Below, in pieces: positions 1-12,558 of a stretch of DNA of 64,000 bases. Both the position numbers and the translations under genes were made by a program. Source of the stretch: Octopus sinensis (taxonomy: Eukaryota). The number at the start of each line of letters is the position of its first letter. Positions within the stretch are counted from its first letter, which is position 1. Under the pieces are notes generated by a model. The model saw only the letters and a program-made list of their open reading frames with translations. It was not told the origin of the DNA and made no database searches. Where the stretch lies: NCBI RefSeq assembly GCF_006345805.1, contig NC_043000.1, forward strand, positions 4,092,001 through 4,156,000, given 5' to 3'.

Positions 1-120
1 CCCCTACATTATTGTAGGTTTTATAATCCCCAGCCTACATAGATGTATTGGGAATCCTCTGTACCTTTTTAAGTTCACTTTACTATTCTTACTTTTATTT
101 TTTGCTCACAGTAAAACATA

Positions 121-538
121 GGCGCAGGAGTGGCTGTGTGGTAGGTAGCTTGCTAACCAACCACATGGTTCCGGGTTCAGTCCCACTGCGTGGCACCTTG
201 GGCAAGTGTCTTCTGCTATAGCCCCGGGCCGACCAATGCCTTGTGAGTGGATTTGGTAGACGGAAACTGAAAGAAGCCTGTCGTATATATATGTATATAT
301 ATATATATATATGTGTGTGTATGTGTTTGTGTGTCTGTGTTTGTCCCCCTAGCATTGCTTGACAACCGATGCTGGTGTGTTTACGTCCCCGTCACTTAGC
401 GGTTTGGCAAAAGAGACCGATAGAATAAGTACTGGGCTTACAAAGAATAAGTCCCGGAGTCGATATGCTCGACTAAAGGCGGTGCTCCAGCATGGCCGCA
501 GTCAAATGACTGAAACAAGTAAAAGAGTAAAAGAGTAA
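121..538 (+). mobile_element. Family A SINE: tRNA-like head, CORE-like body, internal (TA)n(TG)n, (GTAAAAGA)n tail
   Basis: A-box tggctgtgtgg, B-box ggttcagtccc, ccttgggcaagtg; about 19 copies in the window. Confidence 0.88.
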
Positions 539-1021
539 TTTATTCGACTTGTTAAACTTCTTGGTCTGCTGACCATTGCTAGTTCCCTCAAATTATTCTG
601 GTTTACTATATCATACGCTTATCAAGGTGAAATGCTGAAATTTTTATTCTTGAAAATGACAACCTCCTTCCGCCCTTCCCCCACTCACACATGCATACAT
701 GCGCACACATACATGTGCAGGCTATGAGTTTAGTCATGTCATTGCAATTGAAGTGTATTTAGCTGAATATTGTTGCAGCTACAAAATATAATTTTAAAAA
801 GAAGAAAAAAAAAAAAAAAAATTAATCTATCTTGTAGATTTGGTGGATGAACAAAGAGAATTGAGAATATTTATCTAAAAACTAGACTTTATTGATTTTC
901 AATATAAAATTGAAGAGAAACTTACTGTTATTGTATCCCATGTCAATACATAATGGAATTGTGATATATTTTACAAAAACATTCAACATCCTTTCCCTCT
1001 CTTACTCTCTTCATCATCATC

Positions 1022-1065
<44 letters not shown>

Positions 1066-1156
1066 ATCCTCTCTACCACAAATCTCTCTCTTTCTGTTTC
1101 ATCCCCCACTTCAGGTTCTGATCAGATTATATCTATTCAACATAGCTATTTCAGTC

Positions 1157-1205
<49 letters not shown>

Positions 1206-1470
1206 GTGCCACACTGGTTTGTATTTAAATTATTTCTTGGACAGGTTTCCTCATTTCACTACTATTGATTATATAATTCACTGACAAGGAGAGGACAAAC
1301 AAAAGAACAAGGGACAGAAGCCAGGGAATAGGAAGCAGTTACCTGATAATATCATATAAGGCATCGGGAGATTGTTAATATTTTGTATAATTGGGCAGCA
1401 GAGAATCAGTAGAAAAAGTATGACTGCATATTGGACTAAATGTGTGACAAAATTTAATTTTATTCTCTCT

Positions 1471-1529
<59 letters not shown>

Positions 1530-1772
1530 GTATTCCCTTCTGGTCATTCAATATGTGACTGTGTGTGTATCATTGGCGATTTTCTTTCTCTGTCTTCCCT
1601 TCCTTGGATCTTTCCTTTTTCTATGTTTCTGACAAAGAGCTCCACTTGAAACATTAAATCCTCCTTCTTTCTTTCCTTTCCTGAGCGTCCAAGAATACTA
1701 TACTTGTTCCACGTCCTCACGTTGTTGTGTTCTTTGTTTTCTCTTTGTTCATGTTTGGATTAACTATAAATA

Positions 1773-1814
<42 letters not shown>

Positions 1815-3785
1815 TTAAAAAGAAAATACCCACACTTACATGGTTTTAATATAATTTTTAATATATCGACCGGTTTCACTATCGCTATTCATGATATTAT
1901 GTTTTATTTATTTGAATATATATTTTTATATATATATATATCTTCGGAATTCCTGCGGAGTTGAGATTCTAAAATAGGTACCAGTAATACACTGAGTTCA
2001 TTTAACACGCTCCCTTCTCAAGCTCTGCCATCATTACAGAAACTGGACATGTACCTTGTCAATTTCTGTTTGAAAACATAGGTGTTTATAGGCATTGTTG
2101 CTAACTTTTGCAAATGTGCAGTGCTCCAGTATCAACAGAAGTAATATTTTTATTCCTAGACCGGGCTGTGTGTTGCGTTCTTGGGCAAGACTCTTTATTT
2201 CACATTGCTCCAGTTCACTCAACTGTAGAAATGAGTTGCAATGTCACTGGTACCAAGCTGTACTGGCCTTTACCTTACCCTTGGATCACATCGGTGGCAA
2301 GGAGAGAATAGGCTGGTATGAATGGGCAACTACTGGTCTTCTATAAACAACCTTGTTCGGGCTTGTGCCTTGGAGGAGAACATTCTAGGTGCAATCCTAT
2401 GGTCGTTCATGACTGAAGAGGGTTTTTTATTGTAGAAACCAGGTCATTATTGTGATAAAAGAAGTACCAGCTGTGACAATCCTGTCTTTTATTCAGACAT
2501 AACATTTTTAGGAGGCTACAATCATCATCATTATCATCATCGTTTAACGTCCGTTCTCCATGCTAGCATGGGTTGGACGGTTCGACCGGGGATCTGGGAA
2601 GCTAGAAGGCTCCACCAGGCTCCAGTCTGATCTGGCAGTGTTTCTACAGCTGGATGCCCTTCCTTTTTACATTCCACCAGCACGGAAGCCAGTCTAGGCG
2701 GAGCTGGCATCAGCCACATTCGGATGGTGCTTTTTACGTGCCACTGGCACGGAAGCCAGTCTAGGCGGCACTGGCATCGGCCACGTTCTGATGGTAATCC
2801 TTACTCTTTTTGAAGGACATTTGGCTGCTACTTCCATTGAGAAGAATGGCCTCAAAAAGGTTCCTTTATGTTTCACTGGTAGAGAGTCCAACACTCCAGT
2901 AACAACTGAAGTGGTGTTTTGTCTGAACTGAGAAAAGTTAATCACTAGAATGTTAACAGAAGTGGTATATTGATAAATGGCAGAGTGTCTAACACTGCTA
3001 TGTGATCAACAAAAGTGGTAACGCAGTGAGTACCACTACAGTGTCCAACAAAAGGGGAGTTTTATGCTTGGCTGGTACAGTGTCCAACACTGCTGTGGCA
3101 ACTAAGGTGGTACCTTACATTTAAACGGTGAACACTCCAACACTGCAGTATGCAAGTGAAGTGGTTCAATAAATATTGATTTTCATCTTTGAAAAGAAAG
3201 GAATTAAATTTAAGAAATAATTGAATGAAACATGGGTAAAAATATTCCAGCCTAAAATTAATATTAATGTTGCCGTTAGCTCCTTTCACTTGGATGTAAT
3301 TTTCCTCTGACACTCTATTTTACGATTTTTGCATTTTGTAGTTCCCTAAGTCTGTGTGTGTGCTTGTGTTTTTCTTTGTATGTGTGTGTGTGTGTTTCTT
3401 TCTATCTATGTTTAGCTCTCTCTCTGTCTCTCTCTTTCTTTGTTTCTGTTGTTTTCTCTCCTCTCCCTCCCGTTTCTCCCCTCCTCTCTCTCTTCCTTCC
3501 CCTCTCTTTTTCTCTCTCAAAACTAGTTATTTCTTAAATATCACTTATGCCTTCTATTGTTTTCCAACTTTTATTTATTGTTATGAGGGTCAGAAGTATG
3601 TAGTCTATCATTAGAAATATCAGTTAAAAAGCCAGCATGTTTTTTTTCTTAAGTAAAATAAACACCTATGTACATATATATATATATATTTGAAGAAGTT
3701 AACAACTAAAATACTCAAGCCATTTATTTTTCTTTTTTATTATTATTTCAAGAAAACATATCAACCTAATATTGTCAATTCTACA

Positions 3786-4191
3786 TTACTCTTTTACTTG
3801 TTTCAGTCATTTGACTGCGGCCATGCTGGAGCACTCCCTTTAGTCGAGCAAATCGACCTCAGGTCTTATTCTTTGTAAGCCCAGTACTTATTCTGTCAGT
3901 CTCTTTTGCCGAACCGCTAAGTTACGGGGACGTAAACACACCACCATCGGTCGTTAAGCGATGGTGGGGGTACAAACACAGACGCACAAACATAGACACA
4001 CACACATATATATACGTATACATATATACGACAGGCTTCCTTCAGTTTCTGTCTACCAAATCCACTTACAAGGCTTTGGTTGGCCTGAGGCTATAGTAGA
4101 AGACACTTGCCCAAGGTGCCATGCAGTGGGACTGAACCCAGAACCATGTGGTGGGCAAGCAAGCTAATTACCACACAGCCACTCCTGCGCC
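3786..4191 (-). mobile_element. Family A SINE
   Basis: Full-length reverse copy. Confidence 0.88.
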
Positions 4192-5017
4192 ATTATAAAT
4201 AATTTTTATATCACTAAGATCTCTCTTTTTGTTATTATTTCGTAATTAATTTTTTTGATTACTGAAATGCTGTTTATTAATTTCTTCACTCATCAGTGTT
4301 GGGTTAAGTAGTTTGCTCATAGCCACAAGTTGTCAGACTTTTCTCTTACCAACCTTCACGAGACTCTCTCTATTCCTATGGCACAAAACCTGCTTTAAAG
4401 TATTCATATTTTAGATAAAATCACCTGTCAATTTAATCTAAGAATCTTTTGTTATGTTTTCCAAACAACAGCTTAATAATGACAGCTATTTTTACAAAAT
4501 CCCTCCAAATTCTCAATTATTTAAAAATTAATTGAAGTACAAAAACAGTATATTTTATTAGAAATATGGATAAGAAAGACTTAAAATTTTGTCACTAGTG
4601 TTGTTATTATTGATGATGTTCATTTGATATTAGTCAAACTTGTCACATCACTTCACCAATGATTTATTGTTTTCTGCATAACTTCACAAGTTTATTCAAT
4701 TCTTCCATTCATCAGATTTTATATTTGCTGTCATTTAATGAAGATTTTTTTTGTTTTTCATTGATCACAAAACTTGCATTTATAGGAAAAGCAAACTGGG
4801 ATGTTGTTAGGAGCATTCTCCCCCACCTCTACCAAAATGTATTATTAGTAACTTGGGAAATTTATGGGGAATGGTAAACATTCAACTGAATTCATGCTCA
4901 GTGTATTCAGCTTGATCACCTTGACCAGCCAGACTGCCGGTTGTTTCTTTGAATCTGCTGGCCACAGCATTTCATCCGTTCTCTTCTTGATCTCACTCTC
5001 CTTTTCCTTTGTGCTCC

Positions 5018-5251
5018 TTACTCTTTACTCTTTTTACTCTCTTTTACTTGTTTCAGTCATTTGACTGTGGCCATGCTGGAGCACCGCCTTTAGTCGAGCA
5101 AATCGACCCCAGGACTTATTCTTCATAAGCCTAGTACTTATTCTATCGATCTCTTTTGCCAAACTGCTAAGTTACGGGGAAGTAAACACACCAGCATCGG
5201 TTGTCAAGCGATTTTGGGGGAACAAACACAGACACACAAACATATACATAC

Positions 5252-5300
<49 letters not shown>

Positions 5301-5460
5301 ACCGGTTTCTTTCAGTTTCCGTCTACCAAATCCACTCACAAGCCTTGGTCAGCCAGAGGCTATAGTAGAAGACACTTGCCCAAGGTGCCACGCAGTGGGA
5401 ATGAACCCGGAACCATGTGGTTCATAAGCAAGCTACTTACCACACAGCCACTCCTGCGCC
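5018..5460 (-). mobile_element. Family A SINE
   Basis: Full-length reverse copy. Confidence 0.88.
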
Positions 5461-5469
5461 TATTATTGC

Positions 5470-5770
5470 TTTTATATCATCAATCCATCTGAGTGGATAC
5501 ATTCCAAGGGATCATTTCTGCTTTCATGGATGCCCTTCAACAACTGCACAGGTTCACCGATTATTGGTGCACTGTGCAACGTGTCTAGTCCATCAGAGTT
5601 TGTTCAAACGGTATTCAGTGATAACATCTTTCATTCTAGTTCTCTCCCTAATCTGCTCATTTCAGATGTGATCTCTCAAGGAAGTTCCCAGCATCGATCT
5701 TTCCATGGTCCTTTGTGTTGTTTTGTGGGTAGAATCATGCTGTTGAAGAGGTTTGTGCAAGTGACTCTGT
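5470..5770 (-). mobile_element. Degraded RTE-type LINE ORF2 fragment
   Basis: TQRTMERSMLGTSLRDHI and a following W..HVA..TNNR segment match the RTE TQRAMER..GH motif region. Confidence 0.7.
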
Positions 5771-5879
5771 CGAGGTTCACTTTTCGCATATCCTTTACTG
5801 AGCTGAACGCTCTCCAGACTGATACTTATTAACTCAGTGCTGTTTGAACTCAAATTATGAATGGCTGAAACTGAATATC

Positions 5880-6112
5880 TGTTTCTTTATTGCCCACAAG
5901 GGGCTAAACATAGAGGGGACAAACACGGACAGACAAACGGATTAAGTCGATTACATCGACCCCAGTGCGTAACTGGTACTTAATTTATCGACCCCAAAAG
6001 GATGAAAGGCAAAGTCAACCTCGGCGGAATTTGAACTCAGAATGCAACGACAGACGCAATACCGCTAAGCATTTCGCACGGTGTGCTAACGTTTCTGCCA
6101 GCTCGCCGCCTT
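5880..6112 (-). mobile_element. Family B SINE, about 230 bp
   Basis: B-box-like gagttcaaattcc, core gcctttcatcctttcggggtcg; 15-bp TSD ctgaaactgaatatc at 5865-5879 and 6113-6127. Confidence 0.88.
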
Positions 6113-6159
6113 CTGAAACTGAATATCGCCACAAAGTCCAGTCCTTATTGTGCTGTGGA

Positions 6160-6193
<34 letters not shown>

Positions 6194-6942
6194 CAGTAGA
6201 GCACAAGACCCTGGTAGGACCTCTAATGCTGGACAGAGGTCAAAGAATTGAATTGAACTCACAACATCACAATTTTGAGCCCAGTGCTCTAACTGAGCTA
6301 TGCACCTTCATATATATATATATACATGCAATCTTCTTTCAGTTTATGTCTACTAAATCCACTCAGAAGACTTTATACTATATATCAGTTCCATTATTTT
6401 CCAGTCCCTTTAAATTTCCACTCTTAGAAGTTACTAATAAAATCTTTTTAGGTGTAACCACTAGCTTCATTTCATCACTAAACCACTATGTTCTCATACT
6501 TCTAGTCACATCAGTTATCATACCAACATTTATAGATCCCGCTCACACCAGCACTGACCACTTCCCAGACCCACATTTCCACACCTACACATACACACAC
6601 GCACATGTCAAGATCACCATCCCTCTTCCACATGCACATACAAATTCTCTTATACGCATGCACATGCACCTTCATTTTAGGATCACCACTACTTTATTAT
6701 CTCCCCTTCTCGCTAGCTTTCCTGTGTGACCCTTCTGTCTGGTATTCACCATTATAGATCACTAGCCACTACACATTATTTACTCTCCTTGTTTCTTTCT
6801 GTGGAAGAGTGTAGGCTCAAAATGTTAAAGACTTTTTCACTTCCCGAGCGTTATACTAATACATCTGTTTGTTGTCTACACCACCTGTCTTCGTCTTTTG
6901 TTTTTTTGTGAATTCTCACCCTGTGTATATATATATATATGT

Positions 6943-7261
6943 GTCGGTGGCACATAAAAAACACCATCCGAGCGTGACCGTCTGCCAGCCTCGTCTGGCA
7001 CCTGTGTCCGTGGCACATAAAAAAAAAACACCATCCGAGCATGGCTGTTCGCCAGCCTCACCTGGCACCTGTGTCGGTGGCACATAAAATCACCCACTAC
7101 ACTCTCGGAGTGGTTGGCGTTAGGAAGGGCATCCAGCTGTAGAAACACTGCCAGATCTGACTGGCCTGGTGCAGCCTTCGGGCTTGCCAGACCCCAGTTG
7201 AACCGTCCAACCCATGCTAGCATGGAAAGCAGACGTTAAACGATGATGATGATGATGATGA
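6943..7261 (+). mobile_element. Family C: (GAT)n-tailed 3' end of a probable RTE-type LINE, with internal 63-bp repeats
   Basis: No tRNA head, variable 5' truncation, ggttggcgttaggaagggcatccagc motif. Other copies: 2520-2800(-), 12135-12268(+), 21261-21690(-), 33227-33378(-), 46271-46582(-), 54178-54460(+), 56262-56512(+), 58138-58610(-). Confidence 0.75.
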
Positions 7262-7286
7262 TATATATATATATATATACATATAT

Positions 7287-7846
7287 AAGGTGTGGCTGTG
7301 TGGTAAGACTTGCTTCCCAACTACATGGTCCTGGTTTCAATCCTACTGTGTGACATCTTGGGAAATGTCTTCTGCTATATCCCTGGGCTGACCAAAGCCT
7401 TGTGAGTGGATTTGAGAGACAGGAACAAAAAGAAGCCTGTCTCATACACACACACACACAACACACACACACACACACACACACACATTAAACATAAAGT
7501 CTGTAGCTTTCATAGATATGAAACTATCGGTCACTATGACCAGACTGTAACTTTATGTTTGAATACTTACTGCACTTTCTTTAGAGTAAACTTCATCTTC
7601 TAATATATGTTATATTGACGATATAATATGTATGTGTGTATGTCTTTGTGTTCATGTTTGTCCTCCAACCATTGCTTGACAACTGATGCTGGTGTTTATG
7701 TCGCCGTAACTTAGTGGTTCAGCAAAAGAATAAGTACTGGGCTGACAAAGAATAAGTCCTGGGGTCAGTTTCTTCGACTAAAACCATTTAAGGCAGTGCT
7801 CCAGCATGGCTGCAGTCAGATGACTGAAGCGTGTAAAAGAATAAAA
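7287..7846 (+). mobile_element. Family A SINE with extra sequence in its microsatellite
   Basis: Head at 7287, 3' half from about 7630. Confidence 0.8.
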
Positions 7847-8447
7847 GCACATGCTCCCATCTGAACATTGCCACACTCTTAACATTAGTTATACCTTGTA
7901 ATTTTTCTCTCTTCTGCCCATTCTTATCATTCTGCTAACTGTATGTATATTAATTATATCTCTATAACATCTAGCCTTGGTTGGTTGATTCACTTGGCAT
8001 CTCTCATGTGTGATAATTTTTCGTAATCTGGTCCATGCACACACACACACACACAAGAGAAATTATCGTACAAAGCCTATATACGGTTAATGGAAATGTT
8101 TGGCAAGTAATTAGATGAAGATGATATTAACACATGAATGTGACCCGGAATGCTTCTAATGATTTAGTCTTTTGTAATGCTGTGATAGTAGTAACACCTC
8201 AGAGTTGTACATGTCTGGCAAACTACTACTACTATGATGACTAGTACCACCACCAACACTGCTACAACCACCCCCACCCATACTACAAATATTACCACTT
8301 TTTATATGGTTTGTGTCAACCCTTTCTGTCGTCTTTGTTCTTTGGTCAGGGACTGATAGACTCTTGTCTTTGAAATCATTAAATTCTGATTTTGTTAGTA
8401 TTGTGTCATAAGTGCTCTCACTGAAATAAGAAAGGAGAAGAGGAGAT

Positions 8448-8492
<45 letters not shown>

Positions 8493-8580
8493 CATAATTA
8501 TAAATTCCAACCAGAAGTCAAAATAAGTTTCCTATGATAACCACCATGTGATGACAACCTGAATAACTGACCAGTATTCT

Positions 8581-8980
8581 TTTTACTCTCTTTTACTTGT
8601 TTCAGTCATTTGATTGTGGCCATGCTGGAGCACCGCCTTTAGTCGAGCACATCGACCCCCAGGTCTTATTCTTTGTAAGCCTAGTACTTATTCTATTGGT
8701 CTCTTTTGCTGAACTGCTAAGTTACGGGGACGTAAACACACCAGCATTGGTTGTCAAGCGATGTTGGAGGGACAAACACAGACACACAAACATATACACG
8801 CACATATACATATATACGATGGGCTTCTTTCAGTTTCCGTCTACCATATCCACTCACAAGGCTTTGGTTGGCCCGAGGCTATAGTAGAAGACACTTGCCC
8901 AAGGTGCCATGCAGTGGGACTTAACCTGGAACCATGTGGTTGGTAAGCAAGCTACTTACCACACAGCCACTCCTATGCCT
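8581..8980 (-). mobile_element. Family A SINE
   Basis: Full-length reverse copy. Confidence 0.88.
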
Positions 8981-9256
8981 AGAGGAGAGAGAAAAAAATT
9001 TTTAAAAACCTTTTATGAATATTTCATGTTAATTTATGTTGCAAACACCAGCTTAATCTGTAACACACTGTAGGTGCATCATGTCATCATATGAGTTATC
9101 TTCCCTGAAGGAACAGGGTAATGGCAAAGGAAACAATTTGAGAGAAAATGCTCTGTGTTAAAGGTTAATAATGACAATGTTTTACAAAATTCTTCATTAT
9201 TTTCAAAATAAATTGAAAGATAAAGGCAGTGTATTTCAACAGAAATATGGTAACTA

Positions 9257-9908
9257 TTAAGGCAGCAAGCTGGCATAAATGGTAGCATGCTGGGCGAAAT
9301 GCTCAGCGGTAATCCCTGTGCTGTTACGTTCTGAGTTCAAATTCCGCCAAGGTCGACTTTGCCTTTCATCCTTTCGGGGGTCGATTAAATAAGTACCTAT
9401 TTCTTTATTACCCACAAGGGGTTAAACACAGAGGGAACAAACAAGGACAGACATAGGTATTAAGTCGATTACATCGACCCCAGTTCGTAACTGGTACTTA
9501 ATTTATCGACCCCCAAAAGGATGAAAGGCAAAGTCGACCTCGGTGGAATTTGAACTCACAACATAACGCAGACGAAATACTGCTAAGCATTTCGCCTGGC
9601 GTGCTAATGTTTCTGCCAGCTCGCTGCCTTAAATAAGTACCAGTTATGCACTGGGGTCGATATAATCGACTTCATCCATTTGTTTGTCCTTTCTGTGTTT
9701 AGCCCCTTGTGGGTAGTAAAGAAATAGATATTTCCTCTGCCATTACTTTCTGAGTTCAAATTCCGCCAAGGTCAACTTTGCCTTTCATCCTTTCAAGGTC
9801 AATAAATTAAGTACCAGTGACGCACTGGGGTTGATGTATTTGACTCAATTCCTTTGTCTGTCCTTGTTTGTCCCCTCTGTTTAGCCCCTTGTGGGCAATA
9901 AAGAAATA
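9257..9908. mobile_element. Three nested family B SINEs
   Basis: Outer 16-bp TSD agaaatatggtaacta; inverted inner copy 9398-9628 with 13-bp TSD ttaaataagtacc. Confidence 0.88.
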
Positions 9909-10150
9909 AGAAATATGGTAACTAAAGAAGCTTGGGGCCTATATAAACTGGTTAACAGCCTAATTTCAAACCAGTTACCATGAAACTGTGTCAGTGCCCA
10001 GGTCACAGAAAGCGTGACGTAAGTGTTTGACACCAAGTAATTAAACGATTAAGTGAAGATAAGTTTCTCTGTATTTTTGAACGGCTAAAATGAGTCTTTC
10101 GTGCTGCAGTTGTGATGATGATGTTGATTTTTACCATAAATAAGCACAGG

Positions 10151-10443
10151 ATGAAGGTGAAGGTAGTGCCATTCATTGATGGGTCCTTGGGGACAGTATC
10201 AGAAGACATCAAGAAGAATGTAACAGAAATCGGAACCGAGTACCCAGCAGAAGTGTTATGAAAGGTTTACCTCCTTGGCACAGCCAGAATAATCAGGAAA
10301 GTATTAGATAGTTGAAAAGAACAGATACCATAGCACCGTAGGCTGCAGGAAGCAAGTCTGCTACACATGCAAAACTCTAGGAGTTACTACAAAACTTGAG
10401 ATAAAAAGAATAAATAAATAATAATAATAATAATAATAATAAT
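10151..10443 (+). mobile_element. 3' fragment of a second R4/Dong-like family
   Basis: MKVKVVPFIDGSLGTVSEDIKKNVTEIG..L*KVYLLGTARIIRKVLDS*, the C-terminus typical of R4-type ORFs, then a short UTR and (TAA)n. Confidence 0.75.
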
Positions 10444-10925
10444 AGTCCTTTCTACTAAAGACACAAGGCCTGAATTTTAGGGGGAGGGGACTAGTTGATC
10501 ATGTTTACCCCAGTGTTCAACTGGTACTTCATTTATTGAACCCCAAAAGGATGAAAGGCAAAGTCAACCTCAGTAGAATTTGAACTCGGAACATAAAGAC
10601 AGATGAAATACTTGTGTCCACTGCTCTAATGATTCTGTCAATTTATTCCTGTATGAAGCAGCAAAGATTTAGGAAAGGGGGGGGGGAAGATTTTAAAGAA
10701 ACAAGTGGTGGACAGCATCAGTTAAAAGCATTTGTAAAATACGTATAAACTTGTGTCATGAGGAGAGGAAAGTCCTGGGGTTTTGGATGAGGTTCTTCTC
10801 CACGGGATAATATTTTGTGAATTACATTGTATGATGCACAGATGTTTATGTAAGAAATGCAATTCTGAATTCTTTGTGTTTGTAACTCATTCATTTTATA
10901 CCTTCTTTTTTTTGTTAACTTTCAG

Positions 10926-11047
10926 ATTTTATCAATATTTGCATTTGCCACTACCTGCAGTGTTGAGACAGAAACTAGTTTCAGCATCAAATGTGACGGG
11001 GGAAGTTTCAGTAGGAACTATTCATTCAAACTAGATTATCCTTTTAT
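10926..11047 (+). CDS. SYP: Synaptophysin-family (physin, MARVEL domain) gene, internal exon: end of TM1 and luminal loop 1
   Basis: ttcag acceptor at 10921-10925; reads ILSIFAFATTCSVETETSFSIKCDGGSFSRNYSFKLDYPF+at; gtaagt donor at 11048; phase 2 matches the next exon. IFAFAT.C and YPF are physin motifs. The symbol denotes the family (SYP/SYNPR/SYPL), not proven orthology. Confidence 0.9.
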
Positions 11048-11155
11048 GTAAGTATTCTATTCCCTTTTATTTTAAAGTTTTTGCTATTATGTGTCTAGTT
11101 TTCCATTACTTGCATGAATGGTGATAAGAATGATGGAAACTTTTCCTACAGTTAA

Positions 11156-11375
11156 CCCTTTCGTTACTAACCCGGCTGAAACCAACTCTGGCTCTGTAGT
11201 ACAAATGTCTTATTTTCATAAGTTTTGAATTAAAACCTTCCACTAAACCTTAGTCACAATTTATGTTCCTAACACTAGCTTAATGATAACTAAGTTACTT
11301 TACTAAATTCTTTGTTATAGTTAAAGTAATTGAAAGAAACACAGAGCATCTCAATAGAATATGGTAACAAAAGGG
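11156..11375 (+). mobile_element. TTAA-flanked piggyBac-like MITE, about 220 bp
   Basis: ttaa-ccctttcgttac ... gtaacaaaaggg-ttaa. Confidence 0.85.
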
Positions 11376-11406
11376 TTAAAATATATAATAGAGAAACAAT
11401 TCTTAA

Positions 11407-11627
11407 CCCTTTCGTTACCAACCCGGCCAAAACTGGCTCTGGCTCTGTAGTACAAATGTCTTGTTTTCAAAAGTTTTGAATTAAAATCTTCCACCAAACC
11501 TCAGCCACAATTTATGTTCCTAACACTAGCTTAATGATAACTAAGTTACTTTACTAAATTCTTTGTTATATTTAAAGTAATTGAAAGAAACACAGAGCAT
11601 CTCAAAATAAATACAGTAACGAAAGGG
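11407..11627 (+). mobile_element. TTAA MITE, second tandem copy
   Basis: Same TIRs and TTAA TSD. Confidence 0.85.
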
Positions 11628-12320
11628 TTAATCTCTTATTCACTCAAACATACTGAAACCGTAAAAAGTTATTTGCTTTGCTTAGTGGTACCACTTGAGG
11701 TTAAGCCCAATTTTGCAAATATGTGGTTTAGCCTTTCATCCCTCTGTGCAGTACCTTAGTCAGGTGTTGTCTGTTGTAACCTCAGGTTGACTAATATTCT
11801 GAGAGTGAAGCTTGGTAAGCAGAATCTGCATAAGCCTGTTGTATGTGTAAGGATATGAGACATTTTGGCCCTGCCTCCTTGGTGCTGCTAATTCGACACT
11901 AACTTATTTGACGCCATACATCAAACATCAGGTATTTTGTGGCCAGAGCCTTTTGGCACCATGTTTTTATTCTAGTTGGCAACTAACTTATTGCCACAGC
12001 TACTAAACTACTAAACTTTGTTTAACTTTCTGCTTCATATTATGTAAATAATGGCTAGTGAAATATTGATGATACATGGAAAAGAAAGATTTTCTGACTA
12101 TGGACTTCTGTACATCTCTCTCTCTCTCTCTGTAAGGTGGTTGACATTAGGAAGGGCATCCAACTGTAAAAACCATGCCAAAAGAGATAGTGAAGCCTGA
12201 TGCAGTCTTCTGGCTTGCCAGCTCCAACCCATGCCGACATGGAAAGTGGACATTCAATAATGATGATCCAATCTCTCACACCTACCCTACAATGTCATAC
12301 TAAAAATATACAAACATACC

Positions 12321-12510
12321 ATAGGTGCAAGCCATGGTAGGAAGCGTGGTAAGAAGCTTGCTTCCCAACCACATGATTTTGGGCTCAGTCCTACTGTCTG
12401 GCACCATGGGCAAGTGTCTTCTACTATAGCCTCAGGCCAACCAAAGCCTTGTGAGTGGATTGGTAGACAGAAACTGAAAGAAGTCCATTGTATGTATGTA
12501 TGTATGTATG

Positions 12511-12550
<40 letters not shown>
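12321..12550 (+). mobile_element. Family A SINE, 5' half
   Basis: Head and body up to the microsatellite. Confidence 0.8.

Positions 12551-12557
<7 letters not shown>

Positions 12558-12558
<1 letters not shown>

Noticed and set aside
95-355. Recurrent 60-110 aa ORFs with YIYI or THTH runs
   Set aside because: Translations of family A SINEs and dinucleotide tracts, repeated throughout the window.
7490-7560. Hammerhead ribozyme
   Set aside because: Three-way junction geometry, but no CUGANGA core on either strand.
1-10925. Upstream physin exons (start codon, EPxGF motif)
   Set aside because: Searched by eye and not found; probably upstream of the window, though a very short exon could be missed.
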